From: Corallochytrium limacisporum Hawaii
Taxonomy: Eukaryota; Protista; Pluriformea
Length of the DNA: 59,580 bases
NCBI GenBank assembly: GCA_002811645.1
Contig: PDIP01000030.1
Location: 437,310 to 496,889, forward strand
Reading direction: 5' to 3'
In this document: positions 43,359 through 53,709 of the stretch, one piece after another
Layout of the letters: every line of letters begins with the position of its first letter
Position numbering within the stretch: position 1 is the first letter of the stretch
Notes under the pieces: generated by a model
What the model saw: only the letters and a program-made list of their open reading frames with translations
What the model was told of the DNA's origin: nothing
The model's database searches: none
Program-made: the position numbers and the translations under genes

Positions 43359-45077
43359 ATGGCGCAAGCTCAGCTCCAGGGAGAAACAATTATCCACTAC
43401 GAACTGAAGCAAGGCTTCTCGGTATGTAGTGAGATTGTGACCCACTATAACTCTGTCTTTGCAGAGGATAGTCTGGCTGTAATGAAGCGCAAAGATGGTC
43501 ATATGGATGCCAGTCCAAGCCAAGACGGGATGTATGGGTGGGTAACAACAGTTTCGCAGCCTAGGGTGGCCAACGCGAACGTAGACTTTCTGATCTCGGA
43601 CGCCACTAAGCAGCAATTATCGGCACTACAGACCATTCAGAGTGAGACGACTAGATATTTAGAGTCGTTTGATAGAATTCTCATCGCCCTGGCGGGCCTG
43701 AAAAAAGAATACGGCCAAGCTGCAGCACGTTGGGCGCGCACTGACGAGGCGGAAGTAAAGAGGCATCTGGAGGTTACTATGCTGCGCTTTGGCAACGGCT
43801 ACATGGTATATCGTGCAGTGCTGATACGAGCAATTGAGACGTTTCTGGAGGAACAGTTGCTATACCTGTTGGAGCGCTTCGTACAAGCTCCTGAGGGGGA
43901 TGTAAAGGCGGTCGCGACCCTGATGGGCAGTGCGAGCGCTGTCGGGGAGAGTGCTAGGAAGAACGTCGACCGAATCCTGAAGGCAGCACGCGAGGGTTTC
44001 AAAGAATGTGGGCCCACTGCAGAGGGTTTGAAGTCACTTTTTGACGATGAGTCGTCCTTTGTGAGCGAAATTAGTGCGGCAGGACCTCTGCGCTTTACGT
44101 CACCGTCGATCGGTGCCAACAGTCTGGCCCAACGGAGGGTAGCCCGCGACGTATCGCATCTGCTCAGCACACTCTCATCCAGCGCCAATGTGGATATCTA
44201 CAGTCGTGACATTACCCAGAAGCTTGCACCGCATATTAAGGAATGGATCCCGGACGAGTTGCGGACCGTACAGCGTGGACGGGCCGATAGTAAGTCCCTC
44301 CTGGTCGGTCAGCCAGTCTGGGAAATCTCACAGCGCTTCAGTGCCCACGGTTTGTCCGAGCTGCAGAAGCAAAACATGATGCTCAGTGACACAGGAATTG
44401 CGGATCTGCTAAAGGATATGGATCTGTCTCCGAGCACTTCCACGGGCGAAGTGGTTGGTGCAACACTCTCTACGGGCTCAGTACAGAGGCCGCGTGCAGG
44501 TACCGCTTCGGGCCTACAGCCGTCCTTCCTCAGGCATACCACAGGCAGCACCAATGTCACCTCTGTAACGCTCGATGTAGGTGAACAGATTGGTACAGCC
44601 AGACCCCGTGCAGCGACAATGACCCAAGGCCAGGACGATGGCAGGGTCATTCAGGCGGTGGCCAGTGAGAGTCTCCTGCAGCCCAACAGTGTCGGAGCGG
44701 TGGGTACCGATAGCGGACAGGGCACCTTTCTGTCTGAACCGTCCTTGCACCGCACAGAATCTATGTTTGATCGGCTGCTGGGGGCCAATGGGTTCCACGC
44801 TGACCTTCTGCCCATCTTTCAGAAGCCTCCCGGTCCGATCCTGGAAGTCCTCGAAGATCACGCAGGTGGCAGAATGGAGTTTTCAGTGGCCAAGGGAGAG
44901 TTGGTGGAACTGCTGGATATAGACACCGAAGATGCAGCAGCGTCGTCTGACTTCTACAGAGTGCGATCACTGCAAGGAGGCGTGACAGGCCTCATTCCAC
45001 GGGCTAAGGTCAGGCTGCAGAGCGGAGAGGACACCATTGGCGGCATCGGCGACTTCGAACTCGAGACTGAGGCTTGA
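43359..45077 (+). CDS. Helical (BAR-like?) N-terminal region plus divergent C-terminal SH3 domain protein
   Basis: 572-aa ORF with ccaccATGG context; C-terminal VLEDH....EFSVAKGELVELL...DFYRV.....TGLIP..KV fits SH3; amphipathic helices around residues 85-215. Confidence 0.75.
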   Translation: MAQAQLQGETIIHYELKQGFSVCSEIVTHYNSVFAEDSLAVMKRKDGHMDASPSQDGMYGWVTTVSQPRVANANVDFLISDATKQQLSALQTIQSETTRYLESFDRILIALAGLKKEYGQAAARWARTDEAEVKRHLEVTMLRFGNGYMVYRAVLIRAIETFLEEQLLYLLERFVQAPEGDVKAVATLMGSASAVGESARKNVDRILKAAREGFKECGPTAEGLKSLFDDESSFVSEISAAGPLRFTSPSIGANSLAQRRVARDVSHLLSTLSSSANVDIYSRDITQKLAPHIKEWIPDELRTVQRGRADSKSLLVGQPVWEISQRFSAHGLSELQKQNMMLSDTGIADLLKDMDLSPSTSTGEVVGATLSTGSVQRPRAGTASGLQPSFLRHTTGSTNVTSVTLDVGEQIGTARPRAATMTQGQDDGRVIQAVASESLLQPNSVGAVGTDSGQGTFLSEPSLHRTESMFDRLLGANGFHADLLPIFQKPPGPILEVLEDHAGGRMEFSVAKGELVELLDIDTEDAAASSDFYRVRSLQGGVTGLIPRAKVRLQSGEDTIGGIGDFELETEA

Positions 45078-45829
45078 ACCGGCCGGCCCCAGGGCCCCCT
45101 CCCCATAGTTACTGGGCACACTTGCGCACCGGCCCAAAATACCAACGGGCAGCCTCTTCCCACTAATTCATCAGCGAACTTATCTATGAAATATATTTTT
45201 TGAATCAATAGCCCATTCTTTCACTATGTGCTGCTGCCCCTCACAGCGCATTCGGACGGGTCAATTTCTTTCTTGTGGGGTGAAGTCATAAGCGGCATAG
45301 CAAAGGCACCGAGGCGGAAGCCCCCCCGGGGGGGGGGGCCTTCACGGCCCCAAAGCCTCGCCTGCCTCCCTTGCTCTCGTTCGGGGGCCACCGTCCATTG
45401 GTCCAATTTTTGTTCGGCACTCTCTCTTGGGAGAGAGGCCTCCGACGACCCCCTCCCCATTTACGTTGGTTACATGTAGCAATTGCACCTACTGCAGTTG
45501 TGTAGCCAGTGACCCACGGCTGGGAAAGCGGATACGGGGTTGGCAGCTGGTGTACACACAAACGCGCCTTGTATGAGTCGGTGTGGGAGTCAATGGTGCT
45601 GTCGTAAGAGCTGGATATATTGAAAGAGTTTCGTGGACTGCAGTTATGGTTGTTTTGTCTTTCGCAGAGCTGTGTGTGTTGCAGAGTGATCATAGTTTGG
45701 GGACATGAAGGGCTATTTCACAGGAACACCTTCCACAAGTTCCGACAGTTGACACGGCACTTTGTGGTATACAAAGCGAGTAAGTGGTATCAAACAGGGC
45801 ATTCATAGGTAGACGAACTTAATTTAACA

Positions 45830-46147
45830 ATGGCTGCTACTTTCCAGGGATCAGAAACAAAGAAGGAGGACTTCCGGCGATATCTTGAACGCAGCGGAGT
45901 CATTGACGCTATGACCAAGGTTCTCGTGAGCCTGTACGAGGAGCCCGAGAAGCCCAACAATGGACTTGAATTTGTCAAAGGTGTGCTGGGTGCACCTCAA
46001 GGATTGGACATTGAGAGTCTGCGTTTGGAAAATGAAGAGCTGAAGCAAAAGAACGAGGGCCTGGAAACCAAGGTCGCCTCCCTGGAAGAGGAGCTTGCAA
46101 AGCTGAAACAGGAAGCTGCTGCACCCCCCGCAGAAGAGGGAGCATAA
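45830..46147 (+). CDS. MYCBP: c-Myc-binding protein (AMY-1/FAP174 family)
   Basis: KKEDFRRYLERSGVIDAMTKVLVSLYEEPEKPNNGLEFVK followed by coiled coil LRLENEELKQKN. Confidence 0.93.
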   Translation: MAATFQGSETKKEDFRRYLERSGVIDAMTKVLVSLYEEPEKPNNGLEFVKGVLGAPQGLDIESLRLENEELKQKNEGLETKVASLEEELAKLKQEAAAPPAEEGA

Positions 46148-46479
46148 ACGTGTTGTAAAGAGTAATTTTCAAACCGATGGTGATAAGAGATCTTTCTTGC
46201 TTTAAGGTTATGCACCAACAGCAAGCAGGACTGAACTTGTAATTACATGAACATAAATTCATATTTTGAAAGATGAGGCAGTCGCGACGTGAACTACCAC
46301 ACTCTGCAAAAGACTCGAGATGAACTGCGAACGTTGCTCAAGTCTGTGGTTGTGTGCCAGGATGAACGTACTTAAGTATATGTCGTTAGCGTCGGTATGG
46401 ATTCTATTTGTACATTGCGATTGTTGGTATCCTTCTCTGCGCTAACCCAGTCAACTACCTACTGCGCCATTTTCCGTCC

Positions 46480-47628
46480 TCACCCAAAGAGATCAGCCAG
46501 GTACCCTGACTGCCGGTCATGGTTTTGACAACCGTGTTTTTCCATTTCTCTAAAGTGAAGGAATAGTCCTTCGATAAATATTTGCGCTGCCATGAAGCAC
46601 ATGACATGCCAGATCTGGTGGGAGGCACCAAAGATGTCGAATCTGCCGGGGAACCATGCTTCAGGGATCTGTGTGTGGTAGAGGAAAAATCCACATCCAT
46701 AGCAAGCAAAATGCATGATAATGACCAAGAAGAGGTAAAGTTCCCTGCTGCGCATGGGCCAGTGCAGAACGAGCCATGTGAGGACCGGCAGCAAGGCACT
46801 GCACACAGCCGCAACGTACACTGGAATCCTGACCTTGTCAAACCACGGCGGGTCTATAGTTGTTACCAGGCCCAAGCAAACAAACAGAGTGGTGAAGAGA
46901 TACCCAAAGAAAACTTGTGCCTTCGGATAACACTCAAAGCCATAGTACGTACCAAAGACAAAGAAGCCACCCATCTGCACCATAATACCCAAGTAGTCAC
47001 ACTTCAACAGCAGGTCAAAACTGGACTCACTGCAGCATTTGAAAGTGTGGTAGATGGCGGATAGTAAGAAGCAGACTGCAGCGGGCACGCAACCCAGTAC
47101 AAAGTTCCATCTATGCTCGGGTGTAAGGTCCTGAGAACGTGTACCGACTAAATAGTCACCCATTTGTATGATAAAGTACAGCAGAGCCAGGATGTGACTC
47201 CAACTATTTACAAACTGATTGTGGAAGTAGCCAAGGGCTCCAATGGCATCCCAGAATCCGTGGTTGTGCAGATATCCAAAGCGCAAATTCTCGTTGTCCC
47301 GAAGCCATTCGTGAGCATACTTGTGGGTTGTGATGTGTGGCTGGCCGTGGTCATCGGGATGCCGCCTCACCCTACGCTTTGTTGAGCTTTTGGGGGGCCT
47401 TCCGGGTCCCCGCTTCTTTAAACTGCCGTCATCTTTGTTCTTCGGGGGGCGTCCTGGGCCACGCTTCTTTTCACTGGTCTTGTCTCCGGGGCTCTTGGAA
47501 GATCCCCGTTTCTTTTCACTAACCTTCTTCTTGCCGCTCGGTGTCTTCTGAGAGCGGCCAGTCCCCGCTGACGACTTTGACGAATCCTTGCGGGGTCTTC
47601 CAGGGCCACGTTTCACAAGTTCTGACAT
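46480..47628 (-). CDS. PAQR/HlyIII (adiponectin receptor/Izh-like) membrane protein with N-terminal AT-hook-like repeats
   Basis: WLRDNENLRFGY, HNQFVNSWSH, SAIYHTF, DYLGI, IPEAWFPGRFDIFGASHQIWH; N-terminal KRGPGRPRK and two KKRGPGRPPK. First ATG at 47628 (track start 47637 is TTG). Confidence 0.92.
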   Translation of the reverse strand: MSELVKRGPGRPRKDSSKSSAGTGRSQKTPSGKKKVSEKKRGSSKSPGDKTSEKKRGPGRPPKNKDDGSLKKRGPGRPPKSSTKRRVRRHPDDHGQPHITTHKYAHEWLRDNENLRFGYLHNHGFWDAIGALGYFHNQFVNSWSHILALLYFIIQMGDYLVGTRSQDLTPEHRWNFVLGCVPAAVCFLLSAIYHTFKCCSESSFDLLLKCDYLGIMVQMGGFFVFGTYYGFECYPKAQVFFGYLFTTLFVCLGLVTTIDPPWFDKVRIPVYVAAVCSALLPVLTWLVLHWPMRSRELYLFLVIIMHFACYGCGFFLYHTQIPEAWFPGRFDIFGASHQIWHVMCFMAAQIFIEGLFLHFREMEKHGCQNHDRQSGYLADLFG

Positions 47629-48597
47629 TCTCCGCAAATTAATGCTGGTCTTTGCGAATCGGGTTCATGAAGTTCCTATGTCAGATCTAGCGCTGATCTT
47701 CGAACTGGCTTCGTCTGAAGTAGTTGGGTACGCCAACGCACAGCATGATAGGAGTCAGCACAATATGTCTAGAGTTTAAGGCGAAACACCAAGATAAGAC
47801 TGGTCGCTGAAGGAATTTCATTGATGCACAACACGAAACGGAGCCCATTTAGTCACGCACGTATCTTCTGACAATCCAAGCAGGCAGGAGGCAAATCGAT
47901 CAATTGCAAGCTGCGTGTGCACCGCCCCACAAAAACTACGCTGAACCGACAGCGGGGATTGCAGAGGGCGTGTGAGGAAAGGGGTTGGGGTGGTGGTTGG
48001 ATAGGGGGCATTTGGAACAGAGTGACAATGACCCAGAAGGAGACAGGAGGAGAGTGTGTGCCCCCCCCCCCCAAGAGAGCGGGAAAGAGAGAGAGAGAGT
48101 GAGAGGGAAAGCGAAAGAAAATAAAATTTTCGGACGGGTAGGGTAGGTTTTGTGCACGCAGGTGGTTTACAGGCATGGCAGACGGCGCCAGAGTTTAGAA
48201 TACAGTTCACATTTGTACTATATCTGTCGCACGGGTGAGAGAGTAGGACTCATATTTTCTATTGATACACGCCTAACGTGTCCTGCTCTTGGTAGTAGTG
48301 ATATGCTCACCCACCGGATCTCGGGCAAACCCAGGTGCAGGTAGAGAGTGGTTGGTACTGGTACACATGTTTAACTCGTCAAGAGATTTACCTCAGGGGT
48401 GGGTCGCGTGTACGTCATGGACGGACGCGTGGACTCCATCGTCTCTACAAACCACCGGCGCCCCCCCCCCCCCCAAAAATTTTCGATTACTTTTTGGGAG
48501 CCCAGAGTGCCAGGGGGAGGAGGGGCGTTGGGGGATTGAAGAGATTCGAACAAGGCCTATGCCAGAGTCTATTTTTTTTGTTTATGAGGGCGGAGGG

Positions 48598-48822
48598 NNN
48601 NNNNNNNNNNNNNNNNNNNNNNNNNNNNNNNNNNNNNNNNNNNNNNNNNNNNNNNNNNNNNNNNNNNNNNNNNNNNNNNNNNNNNNNNNNNNNNNNNNNN
48701 NNNNNNNNNNNNNNNNNNNNNNNNNNNNNNNNNNNNNNNNNNNNNNNNNNNNNNNNNNNNNNNNNNNNNNNNNNNNNNNNNNNNNNNNNNNNNNNNNNNN
48801 NNNNNNNNNNNNNNNNNNNNNN
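48598..48822. other. Assembly gap (N run) flanked by G runs
   Basis: 225 N bases. Confidence 1.
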
Positions 48823-48935
48823 GGGGGGTGGTTCAATTGAATTGGGTAGGGGGGGCCTATTTTACAAGAACTAAGGGGTGAGCGATGTGTGGCCTTACGG
48901 TACGGACTCTGGTGCGGGCAATGACCCGGCGATAC

Positions 48936-50159
48936 TTAAATGGGCTCCCGACCGAGCTTCTTGGATCGGATCTTGATGAGCTCCTGAAAGGTATCATCAC
49001 CACGGATTTGGCGATCAACCCAGGCACGGATGTTGACGTCGAGGATTTCAGTCTCGACGAAGAAAGCATCGTGGCCGTCCGGGGCATCAAAGAGGATCAT
49101 TGTGGACTTAGGGATCAGACGTGCCATCTCCTCCTGCTCCCGAGCTGTATAGAGTCCGTCAGAAGTGACACCCAGAAGCAGGGTCGGCTGCTGAATCGAC
49201 TTCATTGCCTCTTCGAAAGTCAATCCCATGGATTCACCGAGGTCGTGTTGATCCATCATTTGGGTCAGGCGAATGTAACAGTTGGCATCAAACCGATGGT
49301 TCAACTTGCGACCTTGGTAGCGTAGATAGCTTTGGATAGTGAAGAAGAAGCTGCTGTCTGTGCTGTCATTGTACGTATTGTACTTCGGACTAACGTATTT
49401 GGTGGTGTCCTGACGATTTCGTGCAAAGTTGGTGTCAAAAGAGTGGCCCGACCGGTAGGTCATCATTGCGATCATCCGGGCAGTCGCCAAGCCCGCATCG
49501 GGACCGTTTCGCGTTTCCCCATCCTCATCATAGTAGTCACCATCGTTCCAGTTTGGGTCATGCCAGATGGCTTGACGTTGCGCCTCGTCCCATCCGATGC
49601 ACCATGCAGAATGTCGGGCACAGGTGGCAATAGGGATGATGTTCTTGATGTATTCAGGTCCTTCCCGGGACCATTCGAGGATTTGCATACCACCAAGCGA
49701 TGGCCCAATGCCGATGAAAATGCTATTGATCTGCAGGACGTGATCAAGCACCATCTTTTGCAAGCGCACTGTGTCCCTCACTGTGGCAATTGGAAACCGC
49801 TTTCCATACGGCCTACCAGTCTTCGGGTCCTTGGTTGCGGGACTTACCGAGCCGTATGGACTACCAATCACATTCATGCAGACAACAAAGTAGTCGGCAG
49901 TGTCCACAGTTCTTCCGTGGCCGATCAGGGCTTCCCACCAGTTTGTTACGTCGGCATGGCCAGTCAATGCATGGCATACCAGCACAACGTTGTCACGTGT
50001 CTCATTCAAAGTACCCCATGTCTTGTATGCGCATGGCACTTCGTACAACGTGGTACCGTCATCGAACGTAAATTCTTTAAACTTGACAATTTTCTGCCTC
50101 AAGGTCAAGGACTCATCCACAATGCGTTCCTCGTCGAACGGTCCTTCAAATGCAACCAT
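48936..50159 (-). CDS. MET2: Homoserine O-acetyltransferase (alpha/beta hydrolase fold)
   Basis: AYKTWGTLN..RDNVVLVCHALTG, GSPYGS, nucleophile GPSLGGMQ.LEW, ARHSAWCI.W.EAQRQAI, QSYLRYQG.K...RFDANCYI, SDGLY, GHDAF. Confidence 0.93.
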   Translation of the reverse strand: MVAFEGPFDEERIVDESLTLRQKIVKFKEFTFDDGTTLYEVPCAYKTWGTLNETRDNVVLVCHALTGHADVTNWWEALIGHGRTVDTADYFVVCMNVIGSPYGSVSPATKDPKTGRPYGKRFPIATVRDTVRLQKMVLDHVLQINSIFIGIGPSLGGMQILEWSREGPEYIKNIIPIATCARHSAWCIGWDEAQRQAIWHDPNWNDGDYYDEDGETRNGPDAGLATARMIAMMTYRSGHSFDTNFARNRQDTTKYVSPKYNTYNDSTDSSFFFTIQSYLRYQGRKLNHRFDANCYIRLTQMMDQHDLGESMGLTFEEAMKSIQQPTLLLGVTSDGLYTAREQEEMARLIPKSTMILFDAPDGHDAFFVETEILDVNIRAWVDRQIRGDDTFQELIKIRSKKLGREPI

Positions 50160-51203
50160 ATTGATCTAACCTAGGGTGCTTTTCTGGATATTGTGTCGAT
50201 ATGTACCGGTCCAGTGCTCCTACACCCAACGATGGACCGCGTCACACTAGAACTACCATAGACTCAAGGCCACACAGGATGTGCCTGCAAGCCATAGCTG
50301 ACCTTGTAAGTACCCTGGACTTTGAATTAACGGCAGGGGTCAACGTGCAAAGGCGCCGATAAACAAATGTCATCTAATTCACCACACCGCCAAAAAGGCG
50401 GAACAATTAATATCCGACACGAACCCACCGCTCTTCGTTTCCAACCCCAGCGCAGGGGTGTGCGTGCGGTGAACGTCTGGGATGATGATGCCCGGTCTGC
50501 TGACAGTACTGAAAAGTCGCGTGTGCGGCGGCGGGCTGCACAACCCCTCTCCCTGCCCCACTCGGGTCATACGTTCACTATGAGAACCTTGGGGACAACG
50601 TTCAATATACAAAAGAAAATCTTGTTTGAAGGCTGCAGTTCCCCTGTTGGTAGAAGGGTGTGCCGGGAATTGGCGGTGCATTGAAAATGTATGCCAACGA
50701 TCACAAAATCCGCAGTTGGCAGGGTGGGGAATTGGGGGGTTATGCCCCGCCGGGGAAGGGGTTGGTGGGGTGGGTAAATGCGGTAGCTTGGGTATGCGTC
50801 AGGCCCAGACGAGGACCGGCCCGCCCACTGTCGCCCTCGGCGCTGGGCGGGTGACGTGAAAGTACATAGACCCCAGGGTTTGTTTCTGTAGAGTTATACG
50901 GGTCCAGGCTATCAAGTTAATGTGAACCAGTGTCGAATACAATATGTCACCCAGTGGATGTCCGTGGCGACACGTGGATTGCTACTGGGGAGCACAGGTG
51001 TTAAGGTAGTTGAGGGCGACTGAAGTAGGATGTACAGCGTTGTTGTTACAAAAAACAACACCCAAATGAAGCAACCGTACAGAACACAGTGCCTATGTAT
51101 TTGCAATCAAGATAAAATCATGGCGAAACGATAGGCCCTTGACCTCTGTAAAATAGAATGAATTAGACTGAGTACAGGAGAGCAAGTGCTCTAAATTTGT
51201 AGA

Positions 51204-52223
51204 ATGGCAGCTATTGCTCAACAGGAAGGTCCAATACCCGGTGAAACACAGCAGATTGAAGACGATGAATACTGGGAGGAAGAAGAGGAGGACGACATCC
51301 TTGACGACGAATTTAAGGCCCACATTGACTGGAATCACCTTGACAAGCGGAAGTTCTTTTTCTTCTCAACGCTGTTTTTCTTGGGTGTGCGAGGATTAGT
51401 CTACCCGGCTTCGTTAATCAAAACTCGTATTCAGATGGGCAAGGTTGATGGAAAATATAGGAAAACATTGCAAACAGCTGGGCTTATTCTCAGGGAAGAA
51501 GGGTTCCGTGGTTTGTACAGAGGCTTTGCAATTGTCTCTGTGGCAGCGATTCCGGCACAGAATGCATATTTGACCGCCTACGAGTTTGTTAAGCAGCGTT
51601 CAATGAACATTTCGGCGGGAAGGCCGGTGCCACCATTCGTTCACGATTTCCTGGCCGGAGGCAGCGCATCGTTAATGAGCCAACTGATTGTGTGTCCGAT
51701 TGATGTAGTCAGCCAGCGATTGATGATGCAGGATGGCACGAAACAGAATAGCAGGTACAAAGGGGGAGCACATGCTCTGCGGGAAATCATGCGCACTGAA
51801 GGGGTTCGAGGATTGTACCGTGGTTTACACATGGCCCTAATCGCATACGTGCCTTCCTCAAGCGTGTGGTGGGGCTCTTATGGAGTATACAAAAATTTCT
51901 TCATCAGAAATGGGACAGTTCAGGATGCGGAGTACATTCCCTATGAGAGTCAAGTGATCTTCTATCAGGCCATTTCCGGAGCGTGTGCGGGCACCACTTC
52001 GGCCATCCTGACGTGTCCGTTGGACGTAGTCAAGACACGAATTCAGACGAGTCCGACCAAGATGAAGATCCGGGAGGCAGTGTCACAGATATTGGAGGAG
52101 TTTGGTGTCTTTGGTCTGTGGCGAGGTCTGCAGCCACGCATTCTTAATATGGCACCTGTATCACTGCTCATGATTTCCACGTACGAACTTGTTAAGCGTC
52201 TCAGCATGAAAGATCAATCATGA
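51204..52223 (+). CDS. SLC25A44: Mitochondrial carrier, SLC25A44-like
   Basis: IDWNHLDKRKFF N-terminal signature; YPASLIKTR.Q, PIDVVSQRLM, PLDVVKTRIQ; PSSSVWWGSY. Confidence 0.85.
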   Translation: MAAIAQQEGPIPGETQQIEDDEYWEEEEEDDILDDEFKAHIDWNHLDKRKFFFFSTLFFLGVRGLVYPASLIKTRIQMGKVDGKYRKTLQTAGLILREEGFRGLYRGFAIVSVAAIPAQNAYLTAYEFVKQRSMNISAGRPVPPFVHDFLAGGSASLMSQLIVCPIDVVSQRLMMQDGTKQNSRYKGGAHALREIMRTEGVRGLYRGLHMALIAYVPSSSVWWGSYGVYKNFFIRNGTVQDAEYIPYESQVIFYQAISGACAGTTSAILTCPLDVVKTRIQTSPTKMKIREAVSQILEEFGVFGLWRGLQPRILNMAPVSLLMISTYELVKRLSMKDQS

Positions 52224-52238
52224 TACATTTAGTTTTCA

Positions 52239-52286
52239 GTCGTCGTCGTCCTCCTCCTCCTCCTCATCATCATCATCATCATCATC
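52239..52286. repeat. Compound trinucleotide repeat (GTC)4(CTC)5(ATC)7
   Basis: Read directly, just after the SLC25A44 stop codon. Confidence 0.95.
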
Positions 52287-52572
52287 AGCGTTTCCAATAG
52301 AGAAGCATGTTTGCAATGAATTTCCTTAGCCGAAACCAACTTGGTCTGTTGCTATCCCTGCCTCCTTGCAGCGGCCATTGGGCAAGTATCAGGGCCCGGT
52401 CGGGGCACCTCAATAACTTCTGCCACCGCAGAAAGTTAAACCCCTGCCTCCGTATGTAAAATCACGAACCCGTCCGGACGCAGAGGGGTATCTTCAGTAT
52501 GCGCTCCTCCACAATGAGGGAGGAGGGCTGACCCCAACCCGCTTCCCTCCCCTCTCGTCAACCCGACGCAAT

Positions 52573-53709
52573 GTGGTCAATGGTGCCAATGGCCCTCTGC
52601 TTAACACCCAAATCCGCAAGTACATCGGGGATGACGAGTCTGATATCGAGCCCGTGCCATTCGTAGACAACCTAGCGGGCGAGATTGATTTCACACTGAA
52701 GGAAAAGAACATTGCCTCAGCTTCCTACACTTCTCTGGGTCCGAAACCTGGAGAGCTGGACGGGGCCAAACTCGACAAAGAGGATCACTTGGACGAGGTT
52801 GGGAAGAGACTATACTTGTCATTAAGCCTGATCTGGTAGAGAATGGAAAGGCTGACGATAGTATTGACGAAGTTGTCAGCGCGGGCTTTGAACTTTCACG
52901 CACCAACAATATTCACCTCACGCTTACCACCTGTTACCACATGTACGAACAGGTTCTGCACAGTCGCAAGCTGACAATGAACAAGGAGAAAGCGGAAGAG
53001 TTCTATACTGCCCAAGCCACCAAGGACTGCTTCAGCGATATCATCACGACCATGACCAGAGGAGAGATTGAGGCTTTGATTGTCAGCGTCGACATGCTTG
53101 GTATGAAAGATATCCAAGAATTGATTGGACCAACCGACCCAGCTGTAGCAAAGACCGAGGCTCCAGAGTCTATGCGCGCCAAGTTCGGTGTGAACAAGGC
53201 ACTCAATGCCATTCACTTATCTAATTCTTCCGATAGTTCCCGTACAGAGGCCGCTTTCTTCTTCCCGGAGCTTGCTTCACTGCAGTATGACCACAGCGAG
53301 GAGGAGACCACCCAGAGGCGTGTCCATCTGAGCGAAATGATGCTCAAGGAGCCTCAGAACCAGTACAGTCTGTGTCTCATTCTTCCCGATGTCCTCGAGC
53401 AGCACGGCGAGCAGATTAGGAACAAGATCAAAGCCAAGGGCTTCGATAGTTTACACCTACGTAAGGTGCACTCAACCAAAGCACAGGCCAAAAGTTTCCT
53501 CCACATTACTCACAAAGATGATTTCTGCCATCAGCACCTGGCGAGATGTGGTGGGCCCAACGGATTCTAACCGTGCCCGTGAGGTGGCTTCCCACTCTGT
53601 GCGGGCTCTGTTTGGCACCGATCACCTTCGCAATGCGGTGCACGGTTCAGATAGTGCAAGCGCTGCAGTGGACGAGATTTCTATCTTTTGCATGCCCGAA
53701 TTTCCCTGA
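52573..53709 (+). pseudogene. Disrupted thioredoxin + multi-NDK gene (NME8/NME9/dynein IC1-like)
   Basis: VVNGANGPLL resembles the end of the NME8/9 thioredoxin domain; frame change near 52803 into ETILVIKPD; NDK motifs GPTDP..AK..AP.SMRAKFG...NAIH and GPTDS..AR.....SVRALFGTD..RNAVHGSDS lie in different frames; second frame change plus missing segment near 53525; no ATG for the first segment. Confidence 0.8.

Noticed and set aside
49332-50174. Long antisense ORFs over real genes (MET2, desaturase, SEC24 and others)
   Set aside because: Typical shadow frames from codon bias, with no independent motifs.
52893-52952. 60-nt G-poor segment ending in CAG inside the NDK pseudogene, read as a fossil or non-canonical intron
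   Set aside because: It starts with CT, not GT/GC, and its translation aligns well with the NDK segment after GF, so a deletion between NDK repeats explains it better.
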